Assembly (NCBI GenBank): GCA_964016885.1
Contig: OZ024740.1
Location: 144,522,001 to 144,586,000 of the forward strand
Origin: Eledone cirrhosa
Lineage: Eukaryota
DNA: 64,000 nucleotides
Direction: 5' to 3'
The translations under genes and the position numbers were made by a program. The notes beneath the pieces are model-generated. The model worked only from the letters and a program-made list of their open reading frames with translations, was not told the origin of the DNA and ran no database searches. Positions within the stretch are counted from its first letter, which is position 1; each line of letters opens with the position of its first letter. Positions 13,005 to 24,150 of this stretch are shown piece by piece.

Positions 13005-14167
13005 CACTGTTGTAACTAATTATATATATAATTGGCAGTATATAATTTGTGTAAGCCACATGTGCGTATGTGTTTAGGTATTGCTTTTATTGCGGTTTTT
13101 TCTTTAAAAAAACAACGCAATGTTTTAATCCCCAGACTGCTCCACGGTAGTTGGCCAGATGTCAGAAATGATGGAACTACTACTAATCTCAATGTGGTCG
13201 CTTGACCGTTAGAAATAACAACCAAATCTCCCCCAGTACCATACTGTCTTGATGAAAAAAAAAGGAGATATTGGATATGTCCCAGATATCTGCAATGTCT
13301 AATAAAACAAAAGGAATAGTAACGACTGGAAGGCAGTGAAATAAGTACTATACTTATAAAATACTGCCTAAAAACAAGGGTTAATATATTATATGCGAAT
13401 GATTATCAAGAAATATGTATGGTGGTGCCACACACCGCTGGGTTCTGCAACAGTAGATTGTAAAATCCACCTAAGAACCCCTGACACGAAAGTGCTACAT
13501 CTTTATTAGGTGGTAAGATTTGTTTGGGTAGTGGTAATTTGAGAATGTATGCGCCATGATATCTTTCTTCCTACCTCCCTCTGTCACACAGTGTTGACAA
13601 AACATATTCACTCTCTAGTCTGTGGTAGAGCACCAGTTATCTATAGCTATTTACTTATACATATATGTGTGTATGTATAGATAAGGAGAAATATAATGTG
13701 TAACGACTATGTTTTTATGCATCTTCAGACAATAAATGCTTCTAGTTATCAATCTATTTACTTATCTGTCTGTCAGTTTATAGATCAATCTGTCTACTTG
13801 CACATCTATCTCTCTATCCACCTATTTATGTATATTTACCAATGTATCTATCTTCAGACAAAATCAAGAACTACAACAAAGCAGGAATCCCTATGGGAGT
13901 CTGAAGATAGATAGATATATACAAAGATAGAACAAAGCCATTGTAATTTAATGCAAAAAATATATCTATATATCTATAGAAGAAAATGATTGTAATTTAT
14001 TTAAATGAATGTAAAATTAAATAGAATAAAGGCTGGAGACACAATAGGGAGGTCAAGGATAATTGAGGATTCAAGCATCTTTACATAGAATATTGTAATT
14101 AGGGAATTATCAAACTAATATTTTTTCTACTGTAAACCCTGTCATTTTTTACAGGTATTGTTAGTCA

Positions 14168-14347
14168 TAATAATCGTTTCTACTTTTGGCACAGGCACGC
14201 AATTACCCAGTGCATTACTGGTACTTTATTTTATCGACCCCGTAAGGATGAAAGGCAAAGTTAACCTCGGCGGGATTTGAACTCAGAATGGCAAGGGACG
14301 TAACTAACTCTATGCGTCAAAGCATGGCGTCCGACCCTCTACCGATA
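14168..14347 (-). mobile_element. Young tRNA-derived SINE
   Basis: Near-identical to the copies at 16085, 23776, 43180 and 48450. Confidence 0.85.
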
Positions 14348-15446
14348 ATGATCATGGAAGTCAGTAGACCCATGATTTGATAAAACAAAAGTATAAAAAA
14401 TAAAATGGAGCTCTTGACATAACTTTCTCACTTTTTCACATTCATTTTAACATATCAATGTCTTGCGATAAGCAGTAAACATCGTTTTTGTTGTCAACAT
14501 ATATTAATATTTACATACATATATATATATATAATCATCAGGTAATAGCCCCCACCATTAATTTGCCTGTCTGTTTGTCTATCTCTTTATTTATCTACCT
14601 ACCAACCTACCTATTTTTTTGTATATTTGCTTATCAGTCTGTCTATCTATAGCTATCTATGTATATTTACCAATGTATCTATCTTCGGATAAGAACAACC
14701 ACAACAACAAAGCATGAACCCCAGCAGCCCAAATATAAATATATTGGTAGAACAAAATCATTGTAATTAATGGATATAGGTTTGATACTGATTACAGAAA
14801 ATCATCATTTAACACTTGTTTTCCCTGCTAACAAGGGTTCAATGAGTCTTCACAAACAGTCAGTATTCAAGTGGGGCTAGTGATCTCTCAGGAAAACCTG
14901 CATCTCACTTATATACAATCTTGTGCTCTACCGAGTGTATTTTATCATGACACCAGCACTAGGGGTGTTGTCATGCCTTTGACACGACAACACCCTGAAA
15001 GGTCCTCCCAACCCTTTGTTTGGCCAACTCTCTATGGCTGGATATTCTTATCACCAACCACTTTACCGGATGTACTAGCTACGTTTATCATGTAGACAAC
15101 CAACACTAGAGAGGCTGTCATAACTAAAGGATCTTCTTGATCTTGAACCTTTTCAGCATGGTTTCTACAATGAGGAGCCCTTCCTATCACCAACCAGCTT
15201 ACAGAGTGTAATGGGTTCATTTTTTGGCACTAGCACTACAGAGTTTGTTAGTTATTGTCCCAACTGAAAAACATTCTCTGCTGTGGGGGAGAGGTAAGGA
15301 AGATAAGTATGATGTTATGCATGTATGGTAGGTGTGATGAGTAGGGGGAACGGATGACCTTCAATAGCATGGGAGTAGTAGTCACTGGTGTCTCAGGATT
15401 TTTAGAGAGGAAATGCCATAACAGTGAGAATAGTTAAGGTGTGGTC

Positions 15447-15750
15447 ACAGGCATGGCTGTGTGGTTAAGAAGTTTGCTTCACAACCATGTGGTTTTGGGT
15501 TCAGTGCACACCACCTTGGGCATGTGTCTTTTACTATAGCGTCGGGTTGACCAATGCCTTGTGAGTGGAAGTTGATAGACAAAACCTGCAGAAGCCCATC
15601 CTATATATGTGTGTGTGTCAGAGTCTGTGTTTACATTTGTGTCTGGTGATGATCTGTCAGTTAGTGGTTTGACAAAAAGAGATTGATAAGATAAGTACCA
15701 AACTTGGAAAAATAGGTACTGATACAGCCTGGCTGCTGTCTAAAAACTGA
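15447..15750 (+). mobile_element. tRNA-derived SINE, second family
   Basis: A box tggctgtgtggtt and B box gggttcagt, followed by a ccttgggcatgtgtc core. Confidence 0.7.
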
Positions 15751-16084
15751 AACCAGTAAAAGACACATCCACATCGAGATATATATATGCATAGTAAGTG
15801 TCCACTCATTGCTGGGTATGACCAAAAGGGGAAGAGACAAACAGAGAGAATGTGTTGAAATGGCACATTGCGTAAGGGAAAGCTGAAAAAAGAAAAAAAT
15901 ACTTTGAATGATATTAAAGGATGTGGCAGTTGACAAACAGAAAACAAACAAGTTTGGTCTATTTCCAACAATATCGGAAGATATGACTGAATTGAATCAT
16001 TTAAAATATATATATGAGATTATTTCTTTCAATGTCCAAATATAGTTTGAAAAGTAAATCACGTGCCATTATCTATCCATCTCA

Positions 16085-16272
16085 GGCGGTAGATTGGCAG
16101 TATCGGTAGAGGGTCCGGACGCCATGCTTTCCAGCATAGTTACGTCCCTTTATGATCTGAGTTCAAATCCCGCCGAGGTTGACTTTGCCTTTCATCCTTA
16201 CGGGGTCGATAAAATAAAGTACCAGTAATGCACTGGGTATTTGCTGGCCTTGTGCCTAAAGTAAAAACAATT
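16085..16272 (+). mobile_element. Full-length young tRNA-derived SINE with TSD
   Basis: A box tggcagtatcgg, B box gagttcaaatcc; 15-bp TSD attatctatccatct at 16068-16082 and 16270-16284. Confidence 0.92.
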
Positions 16273-16850
16273 ATCTATCCATCTAATTATGTGACTTTCA
16301 ATCTATTTGACTAGTCAAGAACCCATCAATCTGTTCTTCTCAATTCTTTTCTTTTTGGCCTCTATATTTTTCATTAATCATTTTCTTTCTATCTTCCTTT
16401 ATATTTGATAACTTTCATAACTAGTCAAAACTAATCTTAAGTGAAGGGAGATAATTCTCCAGATAAAAATCTGGGTTATTTCCCCCTCTACAATTTACTG
16501 GCATATCCAGGATATACCAATATTTTCAATTATAACAGTACACGAAACAATATATATCCAATTGTATCCTAACAGCTGATCGCTTTATGTGTGTATATTT
16601 ATACATAGGTTGCAATCTAACAACTAAAACAAATAAAAAGAATATATATATTCATTTAATGGTTTCGGTCATTAGACTGCGGTCATGCTGGAGCATAGTT
16701 TCGGATAATACTTATTCTTTCAAGCTTGGCACTTTCTTTTGTCGAACCATTAGGTTACTGGACATAAAAACAAACTTAAACAGAGACACGCATACATATA
16801 TTTAGCAATCATATACTCTCTACATGCAAATAGTTATATTTTTACCTTTG

Positions 16851-16898
<48 letters not shown>

Positions 16899-19654
16899 CA
16901 TATATATATATGCAGTTTCTGTACTAAATCTCTGCGCTTATACACACACACACACACATATATATATAGCACAGGTAAAACTATATATACATAGATCAAA
17001 GGAAATTATATATGATAGTATATAATTGCCACGTCTTTTCAGAATTAGCTTTATATCGATGCCTAGATATTGATTATCCGAATTGTTTCATTACATTTTC
17101 GAAACACTGGATGTACAATTCCCCTGAAACATGTGTAAGGAATTAAATATGATTTAAAAGACAATTTTTCCATCTACATACTTGTTTATATATATATATA
17201 TATAAACATATAAGTGCAGCCATATGATGATACATATACGATTTCATCAAATCGGTCGCTAAATGTAACATATATTATTGAGGTCGTGATAGAGACACTA
17301 GATAATTAGTTCTTATCATTACAATATTAATCAAAGGTCCATTGTTATATTATCAAAACAAATAAGTAGACATATAGACCGATCTCTAACGCATTAAATG
17401 ATATATATATATATAGACACTAACTGCGGCTAGAACAAACGATTGTCATGAGGCAAAAAACAAAAGTCAAATATTTAAACAGGAAACCATTTTACGATTC
17501 GTTCATTGTAGGTTTTTCAAATTATAAATATCAAATAATTATGATCAAATAAATATAAAATTTACCAAAATGATCATATAGACATTAAAAATATAATAGA
17601 TTTTAAAAAAGTAATACATCTATGAAATCCTCGTTGAGGTCAAATTAGCCTTTCATCTTTCTGAGGTCTTTAAAATATAACACCAGTCAAATACTGGATC
17701 AATTTATATTTCTATAATGCATCCTTGATGCATATGGAATTATGATATAAGACGAAGTATTTTTAAAGGAAATTATAATCTGAGAGTAATTCTAAACCGC
17801 ATGCAAGCTTTTAAATCTGCTAAATTTTGTCAGTGTTCCCGATTAACAATCACTACGCTAAAATACAAACACGAGCACGTATTCGTTTAAGCGTAGGTTT
17901 TTAACCAACTCGACCTTTATTTAGTGTGCCTTTTGCCATTTATTTAAAAAAACAACGGTTTTATGATTTTTATATTTAGAACATCAGATATTCTGAATTT
18001 GCAATCATTCAAAAATTAGACACAAATTAAAGGATTTACAGTTATTTCCTGTTTTCGTTTTGAAATATGCCTTTACGAATATATATTATAGTACATTTTT
18101 GTACAAAAATATATTTTCATAAATTTTTGTTGTTGGCATTTGTAATTATATTAAAATCCAATTAAATTTTCAGAGAGAACCTACAATTTTCTTCATTGAA
18201 TACACATTACTATCATGCAGCTTAAGACATTCTTCTCATTTATCAATGTAATTAATATATAAATGCATTCACAAAACATTGGATTGAGATCCCTTATCTT
18301 TACTTTTTATGTCAATTAATTTTCTTTCCTTTTTTTTTAGATTCTGAACATCCGATGTTCAAATAAAATATCCGAAGACAATTTTTTTTTAAAACGGAAT
18401 AATAAAAAAAAGTTATAGGTGAGATTGAGAATCCACGTTTAAATTGTCCAAGCATGAAATAACATTGCTTACCTTCTTTTTTTCTTCTTTTTCTCATATT
18501 TTTTATGTAAATAACTAAATTTACGTGAACAACGACTCAGAAACCTCAGTTAAATCTTAGAGAAATGTCTCTATCGTGATCAGTCGAGATTGTTACCCTT
18601 AAATGTACATATGTTGGCGATCTTAGTTAGGTGTGATAGTACAAACTAACCGATACGTGGCAGTAGTTATGGCGTAATAACAAAGTGATAAATACAGATG
18701 TTCATTTCGCTATTTTCTCTTTAAGGAGTAACTGATAAGAGTTATCCACCTTTGACTAGATTAGGATCGATAGCAACCCTCTCTAGAGAAGAAGAAAAAG
18801 GTATTTACTGGTGTAAGGGTACTTGGCAGGAGAAGATCGAGATTTTATTATTTAGATGTAATTTAATGAAATAAACAGAAAAAAAAATTCAAAACACAGT
18901 AAAAGGAATTGTTGGAATCTTAACCATTAACAATTTGGCTATCGGAACGGAATTAGCCGCCCGCGTGGTGGACTGGCTGTTTCAGCGCGTCCTCCTCGCC
19001 GGCATACAGGATAATGCATTCTCCGCCTGTCAGTCGGGACCCAGAAGCGGAGAGTTAGTTAGTTGGTAGTGGAGTATACTCGTTCGGACGTTGCTTTCTC
19101 ACATGTTTTGATCCATTCATTTCATATAATAAACACAGAAATTCACAGACCCCCTCCCCATTAACTTATGAATATGGTAGAAAGGTAATCTATGTTGGAT
19201 AGAATGTAATTTATTTAGCACTACATGTGTTATTTATCTTGCTAATAACAACCAACTCTACTTTGCAATTAAAAATATATATATGCGACCTTTATACCAG
19301 GTAATAATCCTCCCCACCCTCGAGAATTTTTCACGTGCAGCACTCAGTTCAAGAATTCGTCCTTTCATTGAGGGGTCTCCTGAAAAGCCCATAGCCTCAT
19401 ATCCCTGGTGCAATTTAATTCCACTCTTGCCACATATCAGTCAGTGAAACTGTGCAGCCTGGACTTTGAAGAAAAAATTAGGTATATTTTGTCTATTTTC
19501 TCTTCACAATTATAATTGTTATATACATATACGCGCGCGTGTGTGTGTTGATCCCTAGTAGAATCGAGGGTAACCACAGTAAATAAGGTACTCAATACAT
19601 AAGTGAGGGCAACCACTATAAAACTTATAAATACCAATGACTTACTATATCAAC

Positions 19655-19707
19655 TGGCATTCCTGATGATTTCATATGAATGAAATACTTCTAGTCCCAA
19701 AGAAGCC
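19655..19707 (+). ncRNA. Degenerate hammerhead-like motif
   Basis: CTGATGA-t ttca ta tgaa t-GAAA is present, but stems I and III are poorly paired. Confidence 0.4.
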
Positions 19708-19875
19708 TTTTCTATATTAAATCTTCATTATATATATATATATAAGCAAAGAGATATTTAATTTGTTGGTTATTCAACAAATTTATTTATAACAGATTCG
19801 AAGCACTCTGCAAGTTTTCTGGAATATAATATCAATGATATTAATAAATGGAAACTATATTTATAAAACCATATT

Positions 19876-19936
19876 TATTTTATTATATATATTTCAAGGG
19901 TACCAAAATTTTGGTACGCACTCATCAGATAAAATA
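19876..19936 (-). ncRNA. Predicted type-I minimal hammerhead ribozyme
   Basis: Minus strand: tattttat-CTGATGA-gtgcgtaccaaaattttggtaccctt-GAAA-tatata-TA-ataaaata. Stem I is 8 bp and stem III is palindromic. Confidence 0.72.
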
Positions 19937-20077
19937 CATTTCTTTTATAAATGGTGACATACTCAGTTTGGATAGATTGTTACCCTTAAATGTACATATG
20001 TTGGCAATCTTACTGAACCTGAACCGATAAGGTCTGGTTTCTTGGGTATGTCATCACCATTTATAAAACAAATTTTG

Positions 20078-20138
20078 TATTTTATCTGATGAGAACATAC
20101 CAAAATTTTGGTACCCTTGAAATATATATAATAAAATA
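20078..20138 (+). ncRNA. Predicted type-I minimal hammerhead ribozyme
   Basis: tattttat-CTGATGA-gaacataccaaaattttggtaccctt-GAAA-tatata-TA-ataaaata. The base of stem II is mismatched. Confidence 0.65.
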
Positions 20139-20181
20139 AATATAGTTTCATTTATTAATATCATTGATATATATATATATA

Positions 20182-21038
20182 CGAGGAGTGTCAGAAAATG
20201 TCCAGGACTGATGTCACAAAAGATTTATTTCAAACCCAAACTTCACACTAAGAGTTTTCTCCTTCGAAGTAATCCCTCTGGAGTCTAATGCACTTTTCCA
20301 TCCTTTTCTTCCACGCTTGCATGCACTCCTGGAAGGATTCTTCCGGGATCCTCCGCAGTTCCGTCATCAAAACGGGTCCCCTCCGGGTCGTACTCGAAGA
20401 TCCATGACTCATCACCAATGATGACTGTCCCTAGCAAGTCTGGTTCGGTTTCAAGACGCTCGAGGATGTCGTGGCACACTTGCATGCGTCGACCCTTCTG
20501 GTCATCGTTCAGCAGTTTTGGCACCATCTTCACGCAGACTTTCCGCATATCCAAATCTTCAGTGAGAATCTTCCAGACGCTGTCCCGATTCATGCCCAGC
20601 TCATTTGCCATCAGTCGAACAGTCAGTCGACGATTGCTACGCACCATCTGCCTGACGCGCTCAACATTGACCTCAGTCCTGGTTGTTGAGGTCCTTCTTC
20701 TCCTGGGGTCATCTTGCACCACTCAAAAACACGTGAGCGTGACATCGTCTCATCTCCATACACTTGATGCAGCAATCCCAGTGCTTCTGACGGAGTTTTC
20801 TCCAACCGTACCAGAAACTTCAAGTTTGTTCGTTGCTCTGTGCTCATTGCTTGACGACCTGAAACAGAGGACATGTATATAAAATTACGAAGAAAAAGGT
20901 TTGATCGCTGCAGAGAGCTAAGATTACAGTTACATACTCCAGGGGGATTACTTTGAAGGAGAAAACTCTTAGTGTGAAGTTTGGGTTTGAAATAAATCTT
21001 TTGTGATATCAGTCCTGGAACTTTTCTGACACACCTCG
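20182..21038 (-). mobile_element. Internally deleted mariner with about 105-bp terminal inverted repeats
   Basis: TA-cgagg...cctcg-TA ends. Transposase remnants MSTEQRTNLKFLVRL, KMVPKLL and GDESWIFEYDPE, with the catalytic middle deleted. Confidence 0.92.
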
Positions 21039-21042
21039 TATG

Positions 21043-21238
21043 TAGTCAAAAGTAGAAGTTATATATGTGTGTGTATATATATATAGAGAGAGAGAGAAAG
21101 AACCATATATCCAGAGAAGGCACAGTATATTGTATATGTAATCTCCGTAATATGGATTTAGTATATATGCAATCTACTCTGTCATATATGGTTCTTTCTC
21201 TCTCTATATATATATACCTATATATTCTACTTTTGACT
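21043..21238. repeat. Imperfect inverted repeat among TA/GA tracts
   Basis: agtcaaaagtagaa...gagagaaagaaccatatat versus atatatggttctttctctc...ttctacttttgact. The left-arm segment recurs at 21540-21590. Confidence 0.75.
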
Positions 21239-21637
21239 TAATATTGCTCTGGATAATGTCTATTGAGCTAATTTATTGAGAAACTCATAATTTTGACATA
21301 TATATATATATACAAGTTAATATAAATTAATATATGATAAACACTAATATAAACATATAAGTGTTTGTATTGTAAATGACCAAGTTAGCTAGTCATTATT
21401 TCACTGCTCAGAAATGCTTCTTTCTTTGAGCTAATTAATTGTAAAGGACTGTTTGAGTTTATAACTCTAAATATAATATAGTATATATATATATATACAA
21501 ATGTAACATATACATATCAAAATTACAAGATATATATATAGAGAGAGAAAAAGGACCATACATCCAAGAGAATACACAATATATTGTATATATACAAAGT
21601 ACATATTTCAAAGAAAAATATGTACTCAAGATGGAAC

Positions 21638-21775
21638 CAATAAATTTCCTGATAGCGCTATTTCATGTCTTGTAGAGGCGCAACCTAAAACCGATTTACA
21701 TAATCGATTATCGATAACAAACTATCCATTTTAGTTAAGTTACAAGAGACACAAGACAATCATCAGAGGTTATTG
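21638..21775 (-). ncRNA. Predicted type-I hammerhead ribozyme with long stem-II loop
   Basis: Minus strand: caataacct-CTGATGA-t tgtcttgt (77 nt) acaagaca t-GAAA-tagcgcta-TC-agg aaat ttattg. Stem III is the perfect palindrome ATAGCGCTAT and the site is AUC. Confidence 0.72.
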
Positions 21776-22179
21776 TCTACTATACTAAATGGAACAAAAT
21801 ACAGTTGGAAAGTAGTATATGATATTATATACTTGCTTATATCCAGAGGGAAAATTCAATGAACTAGCGCCAAGCTATATAGGTGTGGATGGATGAATAA
21901 GTCATGTGTGTGGTTCAGGCTATGTATGAATACTTCAATAATTAATATAGTTCATGACCTCACAAGTTCACATGGCAAGAATTGAGGATGTTTAGCAAAA
22001 TATACGATGCCAACAAGAAAAACATTAGTTAATTTGATAGCGTTGTTGCTAAAGTTAGAACTCAATATGTAAAACAAAATAATGTTCCTATTAGGTGTGC
22101 CATTATAGTTTTAATACAACCAATTCTATTTTATGATAGTGGAACTTGGATACCTTATTATCAAACAACAAAAGAAACT

Positions 22180-22510
22180 TGATTGAGCATATACACCCTT
22201 GCTTTGTTGGGCTCAAAACATAAGCTGGAGGCTTAGAGAAATATATGATGGTCTCCCTCATATTTCTGATATTTTGCAAAAGAGGCACGTGAGATTTGTA
22301 GGTCATAGCACCTCAAATGAAGCTGTTTCTTCTACTGCTTTGGAAACCAATATCTGTCAAAAGTCAAAGAGGTTGCATGCTCTCCTATTCAGATGTCATA
22401 GCCCGAGACTTAGGTATTGATGTTTGGGATTTAGGCAATTCAATGAGCAACAGACCTATGTGGAGATATATCACTGAGTCTATTTTCGCTGAGACCACAG
22501 AATGATAATA
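22180..22510 (+). mobile_element. RTE/RTE-X LINE 3' fragment
   Basis: WAQNISWR..EIYDGLPHISDILQKRHVRFVGH and LLLWKP...MSNRPMWR in two frames. Confidence 0.7.
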
Positions 22511-23680
22511 AGTTTTAATACAGTAAATTATGAACCACAATGATTGCTGAATGAATAAACATGATAATACAGAATAAACATGATGTCCAGGTTCATACAT
22601 ATAAAATGGTACTCAATCCAAAGGTGTAGCAAAACAGGATACTGCAGACCCACATAATTCATATTAAGGAGGAAAACAATCATTTGAATTATGATAATAT
22701 TGTTGCTGTTTAAATTGGATTAACCATAATAATATGCCACATATGTTTGTATATTTATATGTCTCTGCCTATAACTTATTGCAGTTTACACACACACATG
22801 ATACATTTCCTATATAGTTATGTTGCTACAATAAGAAATTCACTTTTCAATCACAAGATCATTGTTCTAATCTTCGCTCTAACTCTTCTGTAAATAGTTA
22901 TTTCTCCATAGTCACTCATACATTTAATTCTCTATGTAATTTATACATAACTGCTGAACATTTACAGTACATGCTGCAAAGTGGTTGACATTAGAAAGTG
23001 CATCCAGCTGTAGAAACCAGGCTAAAATGAAGCATACAAGCAGGACCTGGTTTGGCCTTAGCATGCAGACAATCCATCTAATCCATGCAAACATGGAAAA
23101 TAGACATTTTTAGTCAGGGCACTAAAATGCATTGCACCCAACTTTACATCAGAGCAGATAAAAAAAGAGTGATTTGGTAGAGCAGTGTACTCAACTGAAA
23201 ACTATTTACTAAATGAATGCAGTAATAAATAAAAAATAGAGAATATCATTGGAGAACAAAGTAAATTATGAAAGATTTAAAATCTCTCTCCCAAAAGTTG
23301 ATAATGACAATGTAAATGCGAATTTTTCAAGGGGTGATGTGAACTTAACCAAATGGAAAGCTATTACAAAATAACTATCTTGTGTGAAAAGAAAAAAATA
23401 TGAAAAAGCAAGAAATTACAACACAAAGTGTAGAAATGTAAAGTGAGCTAATGGTAAAGACAAAACTCCAGTGAAAAAAGCAAAATAGATAACTATATTA
23501 AGACAAACCTTAGCCATAGCCACAGAAAGATGTCTCAAAACATCCTCTTCATGTTTAGACTAAACAAGATGGGGTAAGACAACAGATGTTCTTTGCAAAT
23601 TTAGTTTCTTGACCAAGATATGTTGTTCTTTCACAAAATTTGAGCATGATAATACTCCAGGCTGGTTTGACGTTTGATGA

Positions 23681-24150
23681 ATATTGAAATAATTGTTTCT
23701 ACTGTTGGCACAAGGCCAGCAAATATCCAGTGCATTACTGTTACTTTATTTTATCGACCCCATAAAATATTGAAATAATTGTTTCTACTTTAGGCACAAG
23801 GCCAGCAATTACCCAGTGCATTACTGGTACTTTATTTTATCGACCCCGTAAGGATGAAAGGCAAAGTCAACCTCGGCGGGATTTGAACTCAGATCGTAAA
23901 GGGACGTAACTATGCTGGAAAGCATGGCGTCCGACCCTCTACCGATACTGCCAATCCACCGCCCTCATTGAAATAATTGTTTCTACTTTAGACACAAGGC
24001 CAGCAATTACTCAGTGCATTACTGGTACTTTATTTTATCGACCCCGTAAGGATGAAAGGCAAAGTCAACCTCGGCGGGATTTGAACTCAGATCGTAAAGG
24101 GACGTAACTATGCTGGAAAGCATGGCGTCCGACTCTCTACTGATACTGCC
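23681..24150 (-). mobile_element. Tandem stack of three young SINE copies
   Basis: Each unit starts with attgaaataattgtttctact: a short truncated copy, a full copy and a near-full copy. Confidence 0.9.

Larger units (their letters stand above)
12847..13024. mobile_element. Fold-back unit with two inverted hammerhead motifs, probably a Penelope pLTR derivative
   Basis: About 80-bp arms with a few mismatches, abutting a TA tract; agcactcag motif at 12820. Confidence 0.8.
19829..20170. mobile_element. Fold-back unit with two inverted hammerhead motifs, probably a Penelope pLTR derivative
   Basis: About 130-bp imperfect arms (19829-19966 and 20041-20170), ending in a TA tract; aagcactctg at 19801. 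Confidence 0.8.

Noticed and set aside
16085-16170. tRNA gene
   Set aside because: The A/B boxes belong to a SINE head; no cloverleaf, and a TSD is present.
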